From NCBI RefSeq assembly GCF_001194135.2, contig NC_068988.1, positions 25,082,129 through 25,131,735 on the forward strand: a stretch of 49,607 nt of DNA. Direction: 5' to 3'. Both the position numbers and the translations under genes were made by a program. Of the stretch, positions 24,201 to 36,479 are shown one piece after another. The stretch comes from Octopus bimaculoides. Lineage: Eukaryota. Every line of letters starts with the position of its first letter. The stretch's first letter is position 1. The notes beneath the pieces were generated by a model, which saw only the letters and a program-made list of their open reading frames with translations, was not told where the DNA came from and searched no databases.

Positions 24201-25270
24201 TTTCTCCCTTGCAGAAGGCCAACATGAGCTGATGTAGCAGATTGTAATGATAAGAAAATGAAAACAATGATATTCACCTTAATTAGTTTTGCCAGTCACA
24301 CACCATTTTGGGAGAAATGACTTACTTTTGAGAAGAAGAATTTCTCTCTCCAGATTCAAATCAAAGGTGAACTTAAAAACTGGCGTGGGTTTGACTGAAG
24401 AGGAAAGCATCTGTCCTTATTCAATTCAGCCCACAGAATTTTGTTCTGTATATACATTTCAGAGAAGAACTGCATGTACTCCCTCTTGTTATGGTGCGCA
24501 ATGGGCGATGTTCATGATGGACTCGTCTAAATAACTGGACTTATCCTACACGCGAAACCAGCTATTAGTAATTGTCGGACACTGCACTAGTGCGAGCAAT
24601 ACAGTTTCGGTACTTTGCGTGCACTTCAGGTAGGCTCACCCAGTAGGCTCTGTGTTTGTAGAGTTGATTTCGAACTGGTAGTGCCCCGGCGATATCACCA
24701 CTATGTCTGGGATTTCTGGAAGTTATCCATGGTAACCCCGTGCTTAAATATCATCCGAAACATACAAACTAGTTTGGCCCGTTCTGATGCCCGAGGGTCG
24801 CATCAAGTAGCTTCTAGCAGCGAAATCCTGAACTACAACAGGCCTGTTCCACAGAGAACGTTTTGGGTTACTTTGGGCTACCTCCTTGTATGTATATATA
24901 TNNNNNNNNNNNNNNNNNNNNNNNNNNNNNNNNTATATATATATAATTTCAAATTAATAATAAAAGGTTAAAACTTATTAATTTAATTAATTAATCAATC
25001 AATCGATTAATAATTTTAGCAAGTAGATAGGTACGTTAAAAATTCCTTTTCTATTACCTTAAGAATCTCCCAGACATTAACACACTTCTTTATACGTAGG
25101 CAATGAGAAAAATAATAAATCAAACGAAGTACTTCACCGTAGTAAGGAACTTGATGGCTCTCAGATATATCTCAAACTATTTTAGTTGCCTTTTACGACA
25201 TGCAGAGATGTTGCGTATATTCGTTAGCATCCTGGTCTCCTTATTTAAAGTATAACATAACAAATATTTA

Positions 25271-25348
25271 TGTGAGGTGTTGATCCCCAACTACATGGTT
25301 CCAGGTTCAGTCCCACTGCATTGCTCCTTGGGCAAGTGTCTTCTACTA
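25271..25348 (+). mobile_element. SINE family B head fragment
   Basis: ACATGGTTCCAGGTTCAGTCCCACTGCATTGCTCCTTGGGCAAGTGTCTTCTACTA. Confidence 0.85.
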
Positions 25349-25349
25349 C

Positions 25350-26078
25350 TGCTGCTTTTCCTTTATGCTTCCTAGGTATTTTCTTGAATGTATCGTGCAG
25401 TGTCTGTTGCTTCATATACTTGGGTCTTTTTCTAATAAGTTTACCTTTGTCTGCTGAACAGTTTTCACCATACACCGTATGAAACTGTAAGCTATGTCGC
25501 GACTTGAAACGATGCAGTCAACCATTTGTATTGCAGTTCTAGCTCTTCATGAAACAATTTGGCTTGTTCTTTGATAAATCACCAGAAATTTCCACACTTT
25601 GCACAAAGACTAAACCAGGTTATGAGAACTTTGTCCAGTTCTGAAATTTTCTTCTCCGTCATTAACTTCCTTTATAAACATTTGCTTTTTTATTCACTCT
25701 CAGAAAAGAACTTTAACAGATTTTCATTTTAATTTTTAATATCAGAAAACAAATTGAAGAGCCAATGTCGTATGTTTCACAAATAGCTCGCACAGACACG
25801 CTGCTATCAAGTTATTTCCATTTCCATTTCCTCTGCGATCGACAACGCACCATGTTTACGGTTTACACCATCTTATTTCTTCGCTGAATCCATAATGGGG
25901 CTATAAAGCAGCAAATAAATGACAAAATGAGAAGGAATGAGCATCAAAACATAAACGGCGCCACCAGAAATCAGTGGCGCGCCAACTCGGTAAATTTGAA
26001 AATGCGCCCCGAAATCCATGCCGGAAATCTGAAGTACCGGATTTTTGATGGCCGGATCTTCGAATGTCATCTGCATAT
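25350..26078 (-). mobile_element. Pogo/Tigger-like DNA transposon, internally deleted remnant
   Basis: Minus strand with frameshifts reads NRKHGALSIAE..SVRAICETYDIGSS (psq-type HTH), then ISELDKVLITWF..ISGDL.KEQAKLFHEELEL..G*LHRFKSRHSLQFHTVYGENCSAD (CENP-B HTH). It jumps directly to the C-terminal-like MKQQTLHDTFKK. The 5' end resembles TA-CAG...CGAAGATCCGGC. Confidence 0.85.
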
Positions 26079-26731
26079 AATACGGACTCTCACAATTGCG
26101 TGGCTGTCACAGAAATTTCCTCAAACGGATTCGGCTATCACACCACATAGCATTCCAATACAGAAAAGCGTAATGGAGAGTCCTGATCTATCTTTTACAC
26201 ATTACTGAAGTTGTTATTATCTTTAGACCACCATTTTCATTAATCTCGGAACGTCTTTATACTCCTGATTGCCTCTATTTTAGATTGATTTTATTTACAT
26301 TTTTAATTTTCCTCATTATAATCATAAACGATTCATTAAAATTACTTTTATAGCCCTCTTGGCTATAAACTGTTTACGCTTTAGCCTTATGGACCGGCTG
26401 TATGTTTACATCTATATGTACGTGTATGTGAGGTTTTAGTTTTACAACGGTTAATTGGGTCAGAAAGTATTTTGAGGAAGGGTTACAAATATGACTAAAC
26501 TTTTAAGTCCGTAAGTTCTTATATGTAGTTTTCGACATTTTCACCCTATTTGAAGCCTACTGCTTTTCAATACTATTTATATGTATAATGGGTATATGCC
26601 CTGCTGTCAGCTCTCATTTAATTCTGTACATGTGTGTTTGTGTATGTGTACGTGAATACGTCTGTGTTTGTATTCTTTTAATATATAATTTGATATAATT
26701 GGTAAGCTATCTCTTATATTTACTTCAACTG

Positions 26732-26942
26732 TTTTACTTCCACTATTTTACTTGCTTCGGTCATTTGACTGTGGTCATGCTGGAGCACCGCCTTTATTCG
26801 AGCAAATCGACCCCCAGCACTTATTCTTTGGAAGCCTAGTACTTATTCTATCGGTCTCTTTTTGCCGAACCGCTAGGTTACGGGGACGTAAACACACCAG
26901 CATCGGTTGTCAAGCGATGGTGGGGGGACAAACACAGAAACA

Positions 26943-27026
<84 letters not shown>

Positions 27027-27192
27027 TACCACAGGCTTCTTTCAGTTTCCGTCTACCAAGTCCACTCACAAGGCTTTGGTCGGCCCGAGGCTATAGTAGA
27101 AGACACTTGCCCAAGATACCACGCAGTAGGACTGATCCCGGAACCATGTGGTTCGTAAGCCAGCTACTTACCACACATCCACTCCTACGCCT
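26732..27192 (-). mobile_element. Full-length tRNA-derived SINE family B with internal (AT)(GT) microsatellite
   Basis: Reverse complement: AGGCGTAGGAGTGGATGTGTGG (A box), GGGATCAGTCC (B box), CTTGGGCAAGTGTCTTCTACTATAGCC core, microsatellite, 3' body and GCTCCAGCATGACCACAGTCAAATGACCGAAGCAAGTAAAA tail. Confidence 0.93.
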
Positions 27193-28022
27193 ATTATGTC
27201 CTGCTTTTTTTAACATTGAGGGTGTTCTACTCCTTGAAAGCAGTTCAATGTAAGGGTGTTCCACTTCTTAAACTTTCATCTCGCTGTTTAACTGATATGA
27301 AACAACATATCTTTATTTTACTGACCAAACCATGTTAATTTTGGGGTTCCATGCATCGCGTATATACAGGGAAAATGCTGTATGTAAGGTTGCAGTAACT
27401 ATGAAGTTCTGGTGTTCTGATAAGCTATCTTCCTTTACTTGGATTGATATGTGAATACACAACATATTGTAAAATGCATAGCATGCATATTAATGCAAGC
27501 ACATAAACGTCATTTTATTCTCTACTGAAATTATTGGTATATGGAGAAGGCTGCGAAAAGTCCGCAATGCTTAGGAAGTCTAGAGGGTAGATAAATATAT
27601 TCATCCATCAAACTTCGTACAATGTTATTGTACACACACACACACACATACGCATATATANNNNNNNNNNNNNNNNNNNNNNNNNNNNNNNNNNNNNNNN
27701 NNNNNNNNNNNNNNNNNNNNNNNNNNNNNNNNNNNNNNNNNNNNNNNNNNNNNNNNNNNNNNNNNNNNNNNNNNNNNNNNNNNNNNNNNNNNNNNNNNNN
27801 NNNNNNNNNNNNNNNNNNNNNNNNNNNNNNNNNNNNNNNNNNNNNNNNNNNNNNNNNNNNNNNNNNNNNNNNNNNNNNNNNNNNNNNNNNNNNNNNNNNN
27901 NNNNNNNNNNNNNNNNNNNNNNNNNNNNNNNNNNNNNNNNNNNNNNNNNNNNNNNNNNNNNNNNNNNNNNNNNNNNNNNNNNNNNNNNNNNNNNNNNNNN
28001 NNNNNNNNNNNNNNNNNNNNNN

Positions 28023-28053
<31 letters not shown>

Positions 28054-28359
28054 ATATATATACATATATGTATATATTTATACACACATATATATATGTG
28101 CGTGTGTGTGTGCTGTGGCAGCCAATGGCGCTTGCTCCAAGTAGTGAGTAATAGCGAGTGGATTGCCTCAAGAAACTGTCTTGGGGCTGCTGCCATATAT
28201 GGTAGCTCTTTCGGCCATGCCTTCTATTACACAGACAGACTAACTAGATACACGGAAGACACAAAAGTTGTACAACCCGTCGACTACCCTCCCGATGTTA
28301 ATACTTTGCAAAAAGACCAAGAGGCATGATACGAGGTGGTATCTAGATGCATTTTACAA

Positions 28360-28573
28360 GGCGGCGAACTGGCAGAAACGCTAGCACGCCGGGCGAAATG
28401 TTTCGCGGTATTTCGTCTGCATTTACGTTCAGAGTTCAAATTCTGTTGAGGTTGACTTTGCCTTTCATCATTTCTGGGTCGATAAATTGAGTAACAGTTG
28501 CGTACTGGAGTCGATCTAATGGACTGCCCCGCTCCCCTAAATGTTGGGCTTTGTTCCTAGAGTAGAAAAGAAT
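28360..28573 (+). mobile_element. SINE family A, full length
   Basis: Complete head, GAGTTCAAATT B box, core and AGTAGAAAAGAAT tail. Confidence 0.93.
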
Positions 28574-28588
28574 ATTTGCTCATTAGCA

Positions 28589-28798
28589 GGCTGCGAGCTG
28601 ACATTAATGTTAGCACGCTGGGCGAAACGCTTAGTGGTATTTGGTCTGTCTTTACGTTCTGAGTTCAAATTTCGCCGTGGTCGACTTTGCCTTTCATCCT
28701 TTCACGGTCAATAAATCAAGTACCAGTTGCGTACTGGGTCGATCTAATCGACTTACCCTTTCCTCAAAAATTTCGGTCCTTGTGCCTCGAGTAGAAAC
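28589..28798 (+). mobile_element. SINE family A, full length, in tandem with the previous copy
   Basis: Complete head, GAGTTCAAATTTC B box, core and AGTAGAAAC tail. Confidence 0.93.
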
Positions 28799-28800
28799 GA

Positions 28801-29125
28801 TACGAGGTAGTTCTGTACCGATCCAACAGATAGCAGCACATGGTTGCGTGGGCAGTGAACTTCATGAGGCAATGCACGGGGTGACATCGCTGTGTTTACT
28901 TCGCAAGTTTTGAAATTTGTGTTTTCTGATCACATGTAAGCTGTAGTCTGCGATTGTTGTCATTGACAAGAAGTTGAAACAAAAAGCCAACATGAAATTT
29001 TGATTTAAACTTAGGAAGTACGCTATAGAAACATTGAGCATACCTCGGCAAGCTCACACCGAGGAGGCAATGGACTGTACCTAATGTTTCGAGTAGCAGG
29101 AACCCTTGAAAAGCGGAATGTACGA
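28801..29125 (+). mobile_element. Mariner transposon 5' fragment (transposase N-terminus, decayed)
   Basis: TACGAGG terminus, then DKKLKQKANMKF*FKLRKYAIETLSIPRQAHTEEAMDCT*CFE*, matching the mariner N-terminal consensus (QRANIKFCFKLGKSATET..ML..AYG.EA.SR..CFEW). Confidence 0.8.
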
Positions 29126-31939
29126 TAGACATTCAGTAGTATTTTAAAACATGTATTATTGATTGTTACGCAATATCTTTCCTAAGCTAACATCCACGCT
29201 GTATGTGTAAACGAATCATTCACCATTGTCCTGATTGGAATAAATCTGTTGCAAAACGAAATAAAACTTCCATACTTTTAATAATGTTCAGCCCAATAAA
29301 CTAAATATTCCTATAAACCATAAATAGTTGCATTAGGACACATTTCTAGTTTTGTGATTTTGGTGAGATACTTCTTATGTACCTTCACTTTTCAGTGTAC
29401 TATGCCAGAAACTTCTAAATGGTTTTACCCGTACCTACGGGATCTGTGGCACTCCATTATTTCTTCATGATTTTCATTTCGTTGGTGTCGTATTGAAACG
29501 TTCCAAGATTTACAATAGAATAATCTCTGTGTTATGGATCATTATTGCCTTGTGTTTTCTAAAATTCTCACGTAGCCCGGAGAGAAGGAGAGAGTGTGTT
29601 TGTTCGGTACACTGATGCACACTGTACGCCTCCTTTTGAAGCTCCCTTTATTATAGGACCCCTCCCTGATCAAGAAAACGACCGAGCCGTAATGACGTTT
29701 GCGAAAAGAACGAGGTTTGATGCAATGTTTGCTCAAACCACGAACAAAGGTGTTACTGATAGCTGGCACATCGATTACTTTCATTGCGCGTTTGACAGCG
29801 GAGAAGATAGTTGCAGTGTTTTAGTGAAAAGTTTTGGCAGTGACGGATGGCAATAGTAATGCATATGCCACTGCGAATGCTTTTGTTACAGTTACTTCTG
29901 CTGCAGCAGTATATTTGACTTCCCTTTCATCGCGGCCGATGCTACTGCTGCTTTTAACACTTTGCAGTTGTCAGTGCATCTATTCCTGTTGATATATTTT
30001 CTTTACCCTCTTTATTACTCCTCTTGTTTATTGTCATTACAGGTTTACAACGTATTTATTCTCAGCCTTCGTGTTGTTCTTTTCTGTTATGTTTTGTGGT
30101 TGTAAGTAGTTCTTTGCCAGACTGAGTGAGACCATGATAAACTTTTGGTAGCGATAACATCATTGATTACTTGGAAAGAAAGGAAAGTTGTTCTTAGTGA
30201 AAATGGAGGCAACTTCCTTTGTTTGGCAAGGAAACTTTTCATAGCAGAACATATCTTTAACAATAGTGTTTCTATAGATGCCATGGTAGAAATAAATAAC
30301 TCGTCGCTCTTCAATCGTCGAATGTCTTCTTGTTATTAAAAAAAAAAGAAGCTGTTTGCTGGTTGCAGACGACATGAAAAATAGCAGCGCTGCCTCTATC
30401 TTCGATAAATGCTAACAGATTTTAAAATCACTCCCTTTCCAGTGAGTGACATGCACAATTATAGACATACGTGTTGAAGAAAATCAAGAAAATCGTTGAA
30501 AACTGAAAGCTCCTCAAATTTTACGATAAAAGAAGTTGAAATATAAAAAGAAAAGAAAAAAAGAGAATGAATAGATAACAATAAATAAATAAATAAATAT
30601 ATAAATAACTTTTATTGCCAAAAGGGCGCAATCATGCAGAAAAAAGTTACAAATGATGTGGGGTAATCAAAAAATGTTATAATTATTTAAGCAAAAGTAA
30701 TTGAATGAAAACGCACGCATATATACGTTTGCATTGAAGTATGTGTGTGTGTGTGTGCGTGTGTGTATATGTATGTGAGTATGTGTGTACATATGAAAAA
30801 TGCCTTTAGAAAACTGAGGTATTTGATTTTTCTCGAACGTTCAATATTTCAGATTGACAAATTAAGCGTCTGTAATATACTGAGATTGATACAATCAATT
30901 TTGCACTTTGAAATTTTACGGAAAATAAACAAAAATCCAAATTTTTGAAATAGTTGTTATCACATTAACTATTGCAGCAAAACTAAAGTTAAATTAAGTT
31001 TAACTTATATAAGATTTGGCTTTTTTTCCCCCCTCAATTGTAGAGATTCGTAGTTGAAGGTAGAGTCATTACTAAATCTGAATATAACTCAGCAAAAACT
31101 AACTTAATATGCAATAAATATATATAACACTTATTTGAAATTCAATTTATAAAATTGGATATTTCTTTGAATTTCTCCATTCACACGCACGAACACACGC
31201 ACATACGAAGACTGAAGAAACTCACACACACGCTCAAGCATGCAAGCTTATTTGAATTCAAATTATAGAAATTAAACATATAAATACCATCAGAGTCATA
31301 TAGACACGAATTCAGAATGAAATATAAGCTATATACATACATATATATAAATATNNNNNNNNNNNNNNNNNNNNNNNNNNNNNNNNNNNNNNNNNNNNNN
31401 NNNNNNNNNNNNNNNNNNNNNNNNNNNNNNNNNNNNNNNNNNNNNNNNNNNNNNNNNNNNNNNNNNNNNNNNNNNNNNNNNNNNNNNNNNNNNNNNNNNN
31501 NNNNNNNNNNNNNNNNNNNNNNNNNNNNNNNNNNNNNNNNNNNNNNNNNNNNNNNNNNNNNNNNNNNNNNNNNNNNNNNNNNNNNNNNNNNNNNNNNNNN
31601 NNNNNNNNNNNNNNNNNNNNNNNNNNNNNNNNNNNNNNNNNNNNNNNNNNNNNNNNNNNNNNNNNNNNNNNNNNNNNNNNNNNNNNNNNNNNNNNNNNNN
31701 NNNNNNNNNNNNNNNNNNNNNNNNNNNNNNNNNNNNNNNNNNNNNNNNNNNNNNNNNNNNNNNNNNNNNNNNNNNNNNNNNNNNNNNNNNNNNNNNNNNN
31801 NNNNNNNNNNNNNNNNNNNNNNNNNNNNNATATATACGAAAATATTATAACATCTTTGCCTGTGCGTCTGTGTGTCTGTCTGGCGCGCTTTCTGTCTATC
31901 TACTTCTCTCTGTTTATCTATCTAGCCGTCTATCTGCAT

Positions 31940-31978
<39 letters not shown>

Positions 31979-32711
31979 CGTGTGTGTATTGTTGTAGAGT
32001 GTATGTGCATCCTTGTTAATGTCTCTGTTAGGTTGCGTGTATTATTCGCTATAGTCTATGATAAATTTACAAATAACTTCCAAGATATTTGATGAGTTCA
32101 ATACTTCCATATGTATAAAAATTCGCAAAAAACATTCCGTTTGAAAACATTTCTATTACATGAAATGTAAACATGAAATTCAAATACTAATCTCAACTAT
32201 ATATGAAAATTTTGTAACCGAATCTTAACAGTTGAATGTGCCAAACATAATGAATTTCTGAATATTAAATACGACCATTTGGAAGAGTACATTTCAATTT
32301 TGTAAAATATTTTCATCAGAAATATGTATTCTGCACGCTCACAATATAATCGTTTAATAGAATGGTAGCGAGTGATTAATAAAACTTCAAAGTATCTGGA
32401 TTTCATGTGACACGGTTGTAACGTTCATTATTACATTCTTTGAATGGTTAGGTATGTATTTCTCAATCTTTGTGTTTAAATATATAAATATATAAAACAA
32501 AACATAGGTTTGACTCATATTTTGTGATAGAAAAATTATAGAAGTTCGTCGTGCTGGTTGTGTCTATAACTGAAACTGTGTACCGCTGGCTTTGCCCAGT
32601 AATTCATGTCTTTATGGAACGTTCATCTACTTACATGCTAATTTTCAGCAGGAGGTAATTCAGTCCATCCATGTAAAGAATCCTTATCGTTGAAAGACGG
32701 TGATCCAGACA

Positions 32712-32753
<42 letters not shown>

Positions 32754-34545
32754 ACACACACTCACACACCACACATACGCACACACACAAGCAATCAAAT
32801 CTAATCCATTGTTGCATTATCCAATTAAAGTGATGGTAGGTTTTTACACAATGATACAAATTAGACAGAAATAATGGGCTATATACCTTTAATTTTTTTA
32901 TAGCTTACATCTGTTTCATATACGCATTTGGGTGCGTATACCATTTAATGATATCAATCTATCGATTGATTGACTGAAAATATAGCGAATGACACTGGCA
33001 ATGACAACTTCTGAAAGACCTGTAAGTCTCATTAAATTGAAGGATTACTCATACACTTCGTGAATCACGTGAGTATTAAACGTTTACATCGAGAATTTTA
33101 ATCGTGACTTCGATCCTGCTTGTTCACCTTCATCAAATTGCGACTTACTGCGTTTTTTTTTTTTTTTGTGGTAGTGGTGGGTATTTCACTTGTTCTATAC
33201 GGACTGCTATTCACCATTTGCTGTAACATCCGGTATTTCATTTGTATATTATATAAACTTAAAATAAATGAAAAAATTACAAACAATTCTACCATGAAAA
33301 AAAAACACCAAAAATTATTAATGAATATTATTACGATATTATCAGCATTGAAGTTGCAAAATCACTCGAAGAACTATCAAAACATATTACTTGATGTGTG
33401 TAAATCCTGCGGAGATCAACATAATGATATAAAATTACAGGTCTCTGAAATATATTGTTACTCAAGAGCTGGGTGTATTCAAACGACCACACCAATCCAT
33501 GAAATCGGTGATTTGGGGGCAATAAAGTAATGCGATTTTAAATATTATGGCAAATACGTCAGATAACAACGGATATGCTTCGTTGTTCTCAAACTTGGAT
33601 GGACTGCTAACGGCCTCTGTACATGCTGAAGAAGTGATGAAAAAATATTTTGGTGATGTACAATATTAAACTTGGGTAGTTGCTGAAGAAACCTACACAA
33701 ATCCACCATCGTCATGGGTTAATCTTCCCAATAATATCTTAGATAGGACACCACTTATATCGGAAAAAGTAACTGCTGTCGTATAAGACGATAGAATAAT
33801 GACTTGATCGAGAAAGAAATGGTCTGTATCGATATATCTCTCGATATATTTATACTCAAGCAAAACTAAAATATCTTTATAGCAGCTTCCTTGTTAACTG
33901 ATACAATTATCCTCAATCATTTGCAGGTTTATGCAAATTGACGAGATGGACTTTAAAAAGAAATAATTACCATGAAATTCGTTCGTTCGTCAGTAATTAT
34001 AGATTGGGTACAAAGCTGTCAGCGAATGAATCTTGTCATTAGGCAAACGAGTTAGATAGCAGTTAGTGTATATTTACTGTTCAGCTGGAAAGCGATCCCG
34101 ATGAAGCAGACATATTATGAAACATCCTTCATTCTCCCTTTTCCTCTGAATGGGATATCCCCGAATACGTAATTTAATGTCTTCTTAAAGGCATCTATAG
34201 CGTAAAAAAATTGGCTGCTATTTCTGACAAGTGGATTTTCCAAGTAGATGCCCATATTTCTGACCATCAACTATTTGTATTATTATTTATGGTGGTACGT
34301 AGATACCCACAAATGAAATCTAATATATTTCTGGTGGGCGATGAGTATATTCTATTGAACTTTCGAAGTCATATCATACTAGCAAAGATATGGTTTGATT
34401 ATATAACGGCGGATGTTATACCACAGGATAGAATTTATGTGTATTTGAGTAGTTAGTGATCAAAAAGATAAAACGAAAAGTATTTATGAGTGCAATATAA
34501 TAAAAAAAAATGCAAGCGGTGTAAATTCATATTAAAAGTGATTCA

Positions 34546-34559
34546 GTTTCCATGGCAAC
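34546..34559. promoter_or_regulatory. Candidate RFX X-box
   Basis: GTTTCCATGGCAAC fits the palindromic consensus GTTNCCATGGNAAC and lies in non-repetitive sequence. Function is unproven. Confidence 0.4.
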
Positions 34560-36007
34560 TTTCGTCGATGTATCGCATTTTATCCCTTAGTTAAATTAGT
34601 AACATCAGTGTGGCTATAGAACCTATATCAAACAGATGAAAGCAAGAATTTCTTATTAAAAACTTTGCCTCATTAACAGCTAGGTAGTATATAAGAATTT
34701 CCTATATTAGTGAAAAGACTAACTTTGTAAAGCAACGGTATAGCTGATTGAATTGGTTGCTTTGAATAGCTGATACGTATTTTAGTGACATCAGATTACA
34801 AGTAATAAACTATATACTATAAGCTGTGTTACTTTAATGCTGTTCAGCAACCTTTAAATATGCATACAATATTTCTATTTGGAATATACAAGAAAATATA
34901 TCTAGTCCTCATTTTATGACGCAGTAGATACCTTATAGGAATTTATCATCATAAATAAATTAGCAGTAATGTGCTTGGCGAGATGATCGGGAGAATCTTG
35001 TGAAAAATACCCCAAGGAATGCTTAGGTCTTCTGCGACACATCCTTTGATTTATGTACCTGAATATTGAAGCTTTATTGTCATTTTCCTTACATTATTAA
35101 ACATGTGAGTTTCATCGAAATGATAAATATGTTATCTATTGCTTTTCTTTTGTTTTAATTTGTTATCTCCTCTTCTCGCTAAAATACTCATAGTTCTTCG
35201 TTTGGTCTTTCAAAAAAATCGATATTCAGTTATCTGAGGTTGTGTGACTACGATAAACCAATACAATTCACTCGATTATAAATTAGACCTCTTTAAAAAA
35301 AAATAACATGTTATGTTGATTAGATAATAATAAATTGACGATTCATAACACGCATACACGATATCGATCATACATCCTAAAACACTCAAGCAAATACAGA
35401 CAGAAAGAGGTATATATAAATAGAAAAAAAATTGCCTAAATATTTGTACATGCAAATCGATTGTTAAATGATTCGTTATTTCCTTATTAACGCTAAACAC
35501 ACAGTGAATGCATAGCATTGGTGGAAGTGAGGAATGGAAAACTCACCTGAATAAATAAAACTATATTACACATAATACATTGAGTTCACTTTGTTTATTT
35601 GTCTGAGTGTTATGTATTGTCGGTTTGTGTGTGTTTTGTGTATGTTCTGTGGGGAGGGGGTGCGCGCGCGTGTTTGTACTAAGTCATATCCCAAAAATTG
35701 TACGCACCTGTTTGTTGGTGCATTCCATTTACACAAAATCCATTACCTACCTACAATGCCTGCGTGCTCGTATGTTTATGTCGGTATTTGTGTGCATACC
35801 TGTATTTGTAAAGAAAAACCCAAGGACATTCTCAAAAATTTATATAAATGTTCCTGACAACACAAACGTAGCAGTCGGATAATTTCCCTACTGGTTTTCC
35901 TTTACTTTCCTTCTTGTAATAATTCTATATGCTTTCTTCGAAAGACGCTATACGGTTCTACCACGAAACAAAGTATACTATGCGACTAATAATATTTACT
36001 AATTAGA

Positions 36008-36187
36008 GGCGGTGAGCTGGAAGAAACGTTAGCACGCCGGGCGAAATGCCTAGCGGCATTTCGTCTGTCTTTATGTTTTGAGTTCAAATCCTGGCGAGGT
36101 CGACTTTGCCTTTCATCATTTCGGAGTCGATAAATTGAGTACCAGTTGCGTACTGGAGTCGATCAAATCGACTGGACCCCTCCACTA
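36008..36187 (+). mobile_element. SINE family A
   Basis: GGCGGTGAGCTGG head, GAGTTCAAATCC B box and intact core. Confidence 0.93.
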
Positions 36188-36303
36188 ATTTAGATAACAT
36201 TGAAAAGAATCAAGCAAATTTATCTGACTATCCAAGATGCATATAATTATATTATATTCCCCCACTCATGTAATACATTTCACGTTTAGTCATTAGTCCA
36301 GCA

Positions 36304-36479
36304 GTTTTGTGGGAGGGGTAAGTCGATTAGATTGACCTCAGTTTTAATCTGGGGCTTATTTTAACAACCCCGAAAGGGATAAAAGTCGACCTCGGCGGAA
36401 TTTGAACTCAAAACATAAAGACGAACGAAATAACGCTAAGTATTTCGCCCGGCGTGCTAACTATTCTGCCAGCTTGCCG
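36304..36479 (-). mobile_element. SINE family A, inverted relative to 36008-36187
   Basis: AAAGTCGACCTCGGCGGAATTTGAACTC...TTTCGCCCGGCGTGCTAAC..CTGCCAGCTTGCCGC is the reverse complement of the family A consensus. Confidence 0.92.

Noticed and set aside
26732-27192. A/B boxes suggesting tRNA genes here and in other SINE heads
   Set aside because: There is no cloverleaf, and the boxes belong to tRNA-derived SINE heads.
34097-34130. CCGATGA...GAAACATC, a possible further hammerhead relic; also CAGATGAGGG at ~14086
   Set aside because: Core boxes are mutated and neither helix I nor helix II pairs.
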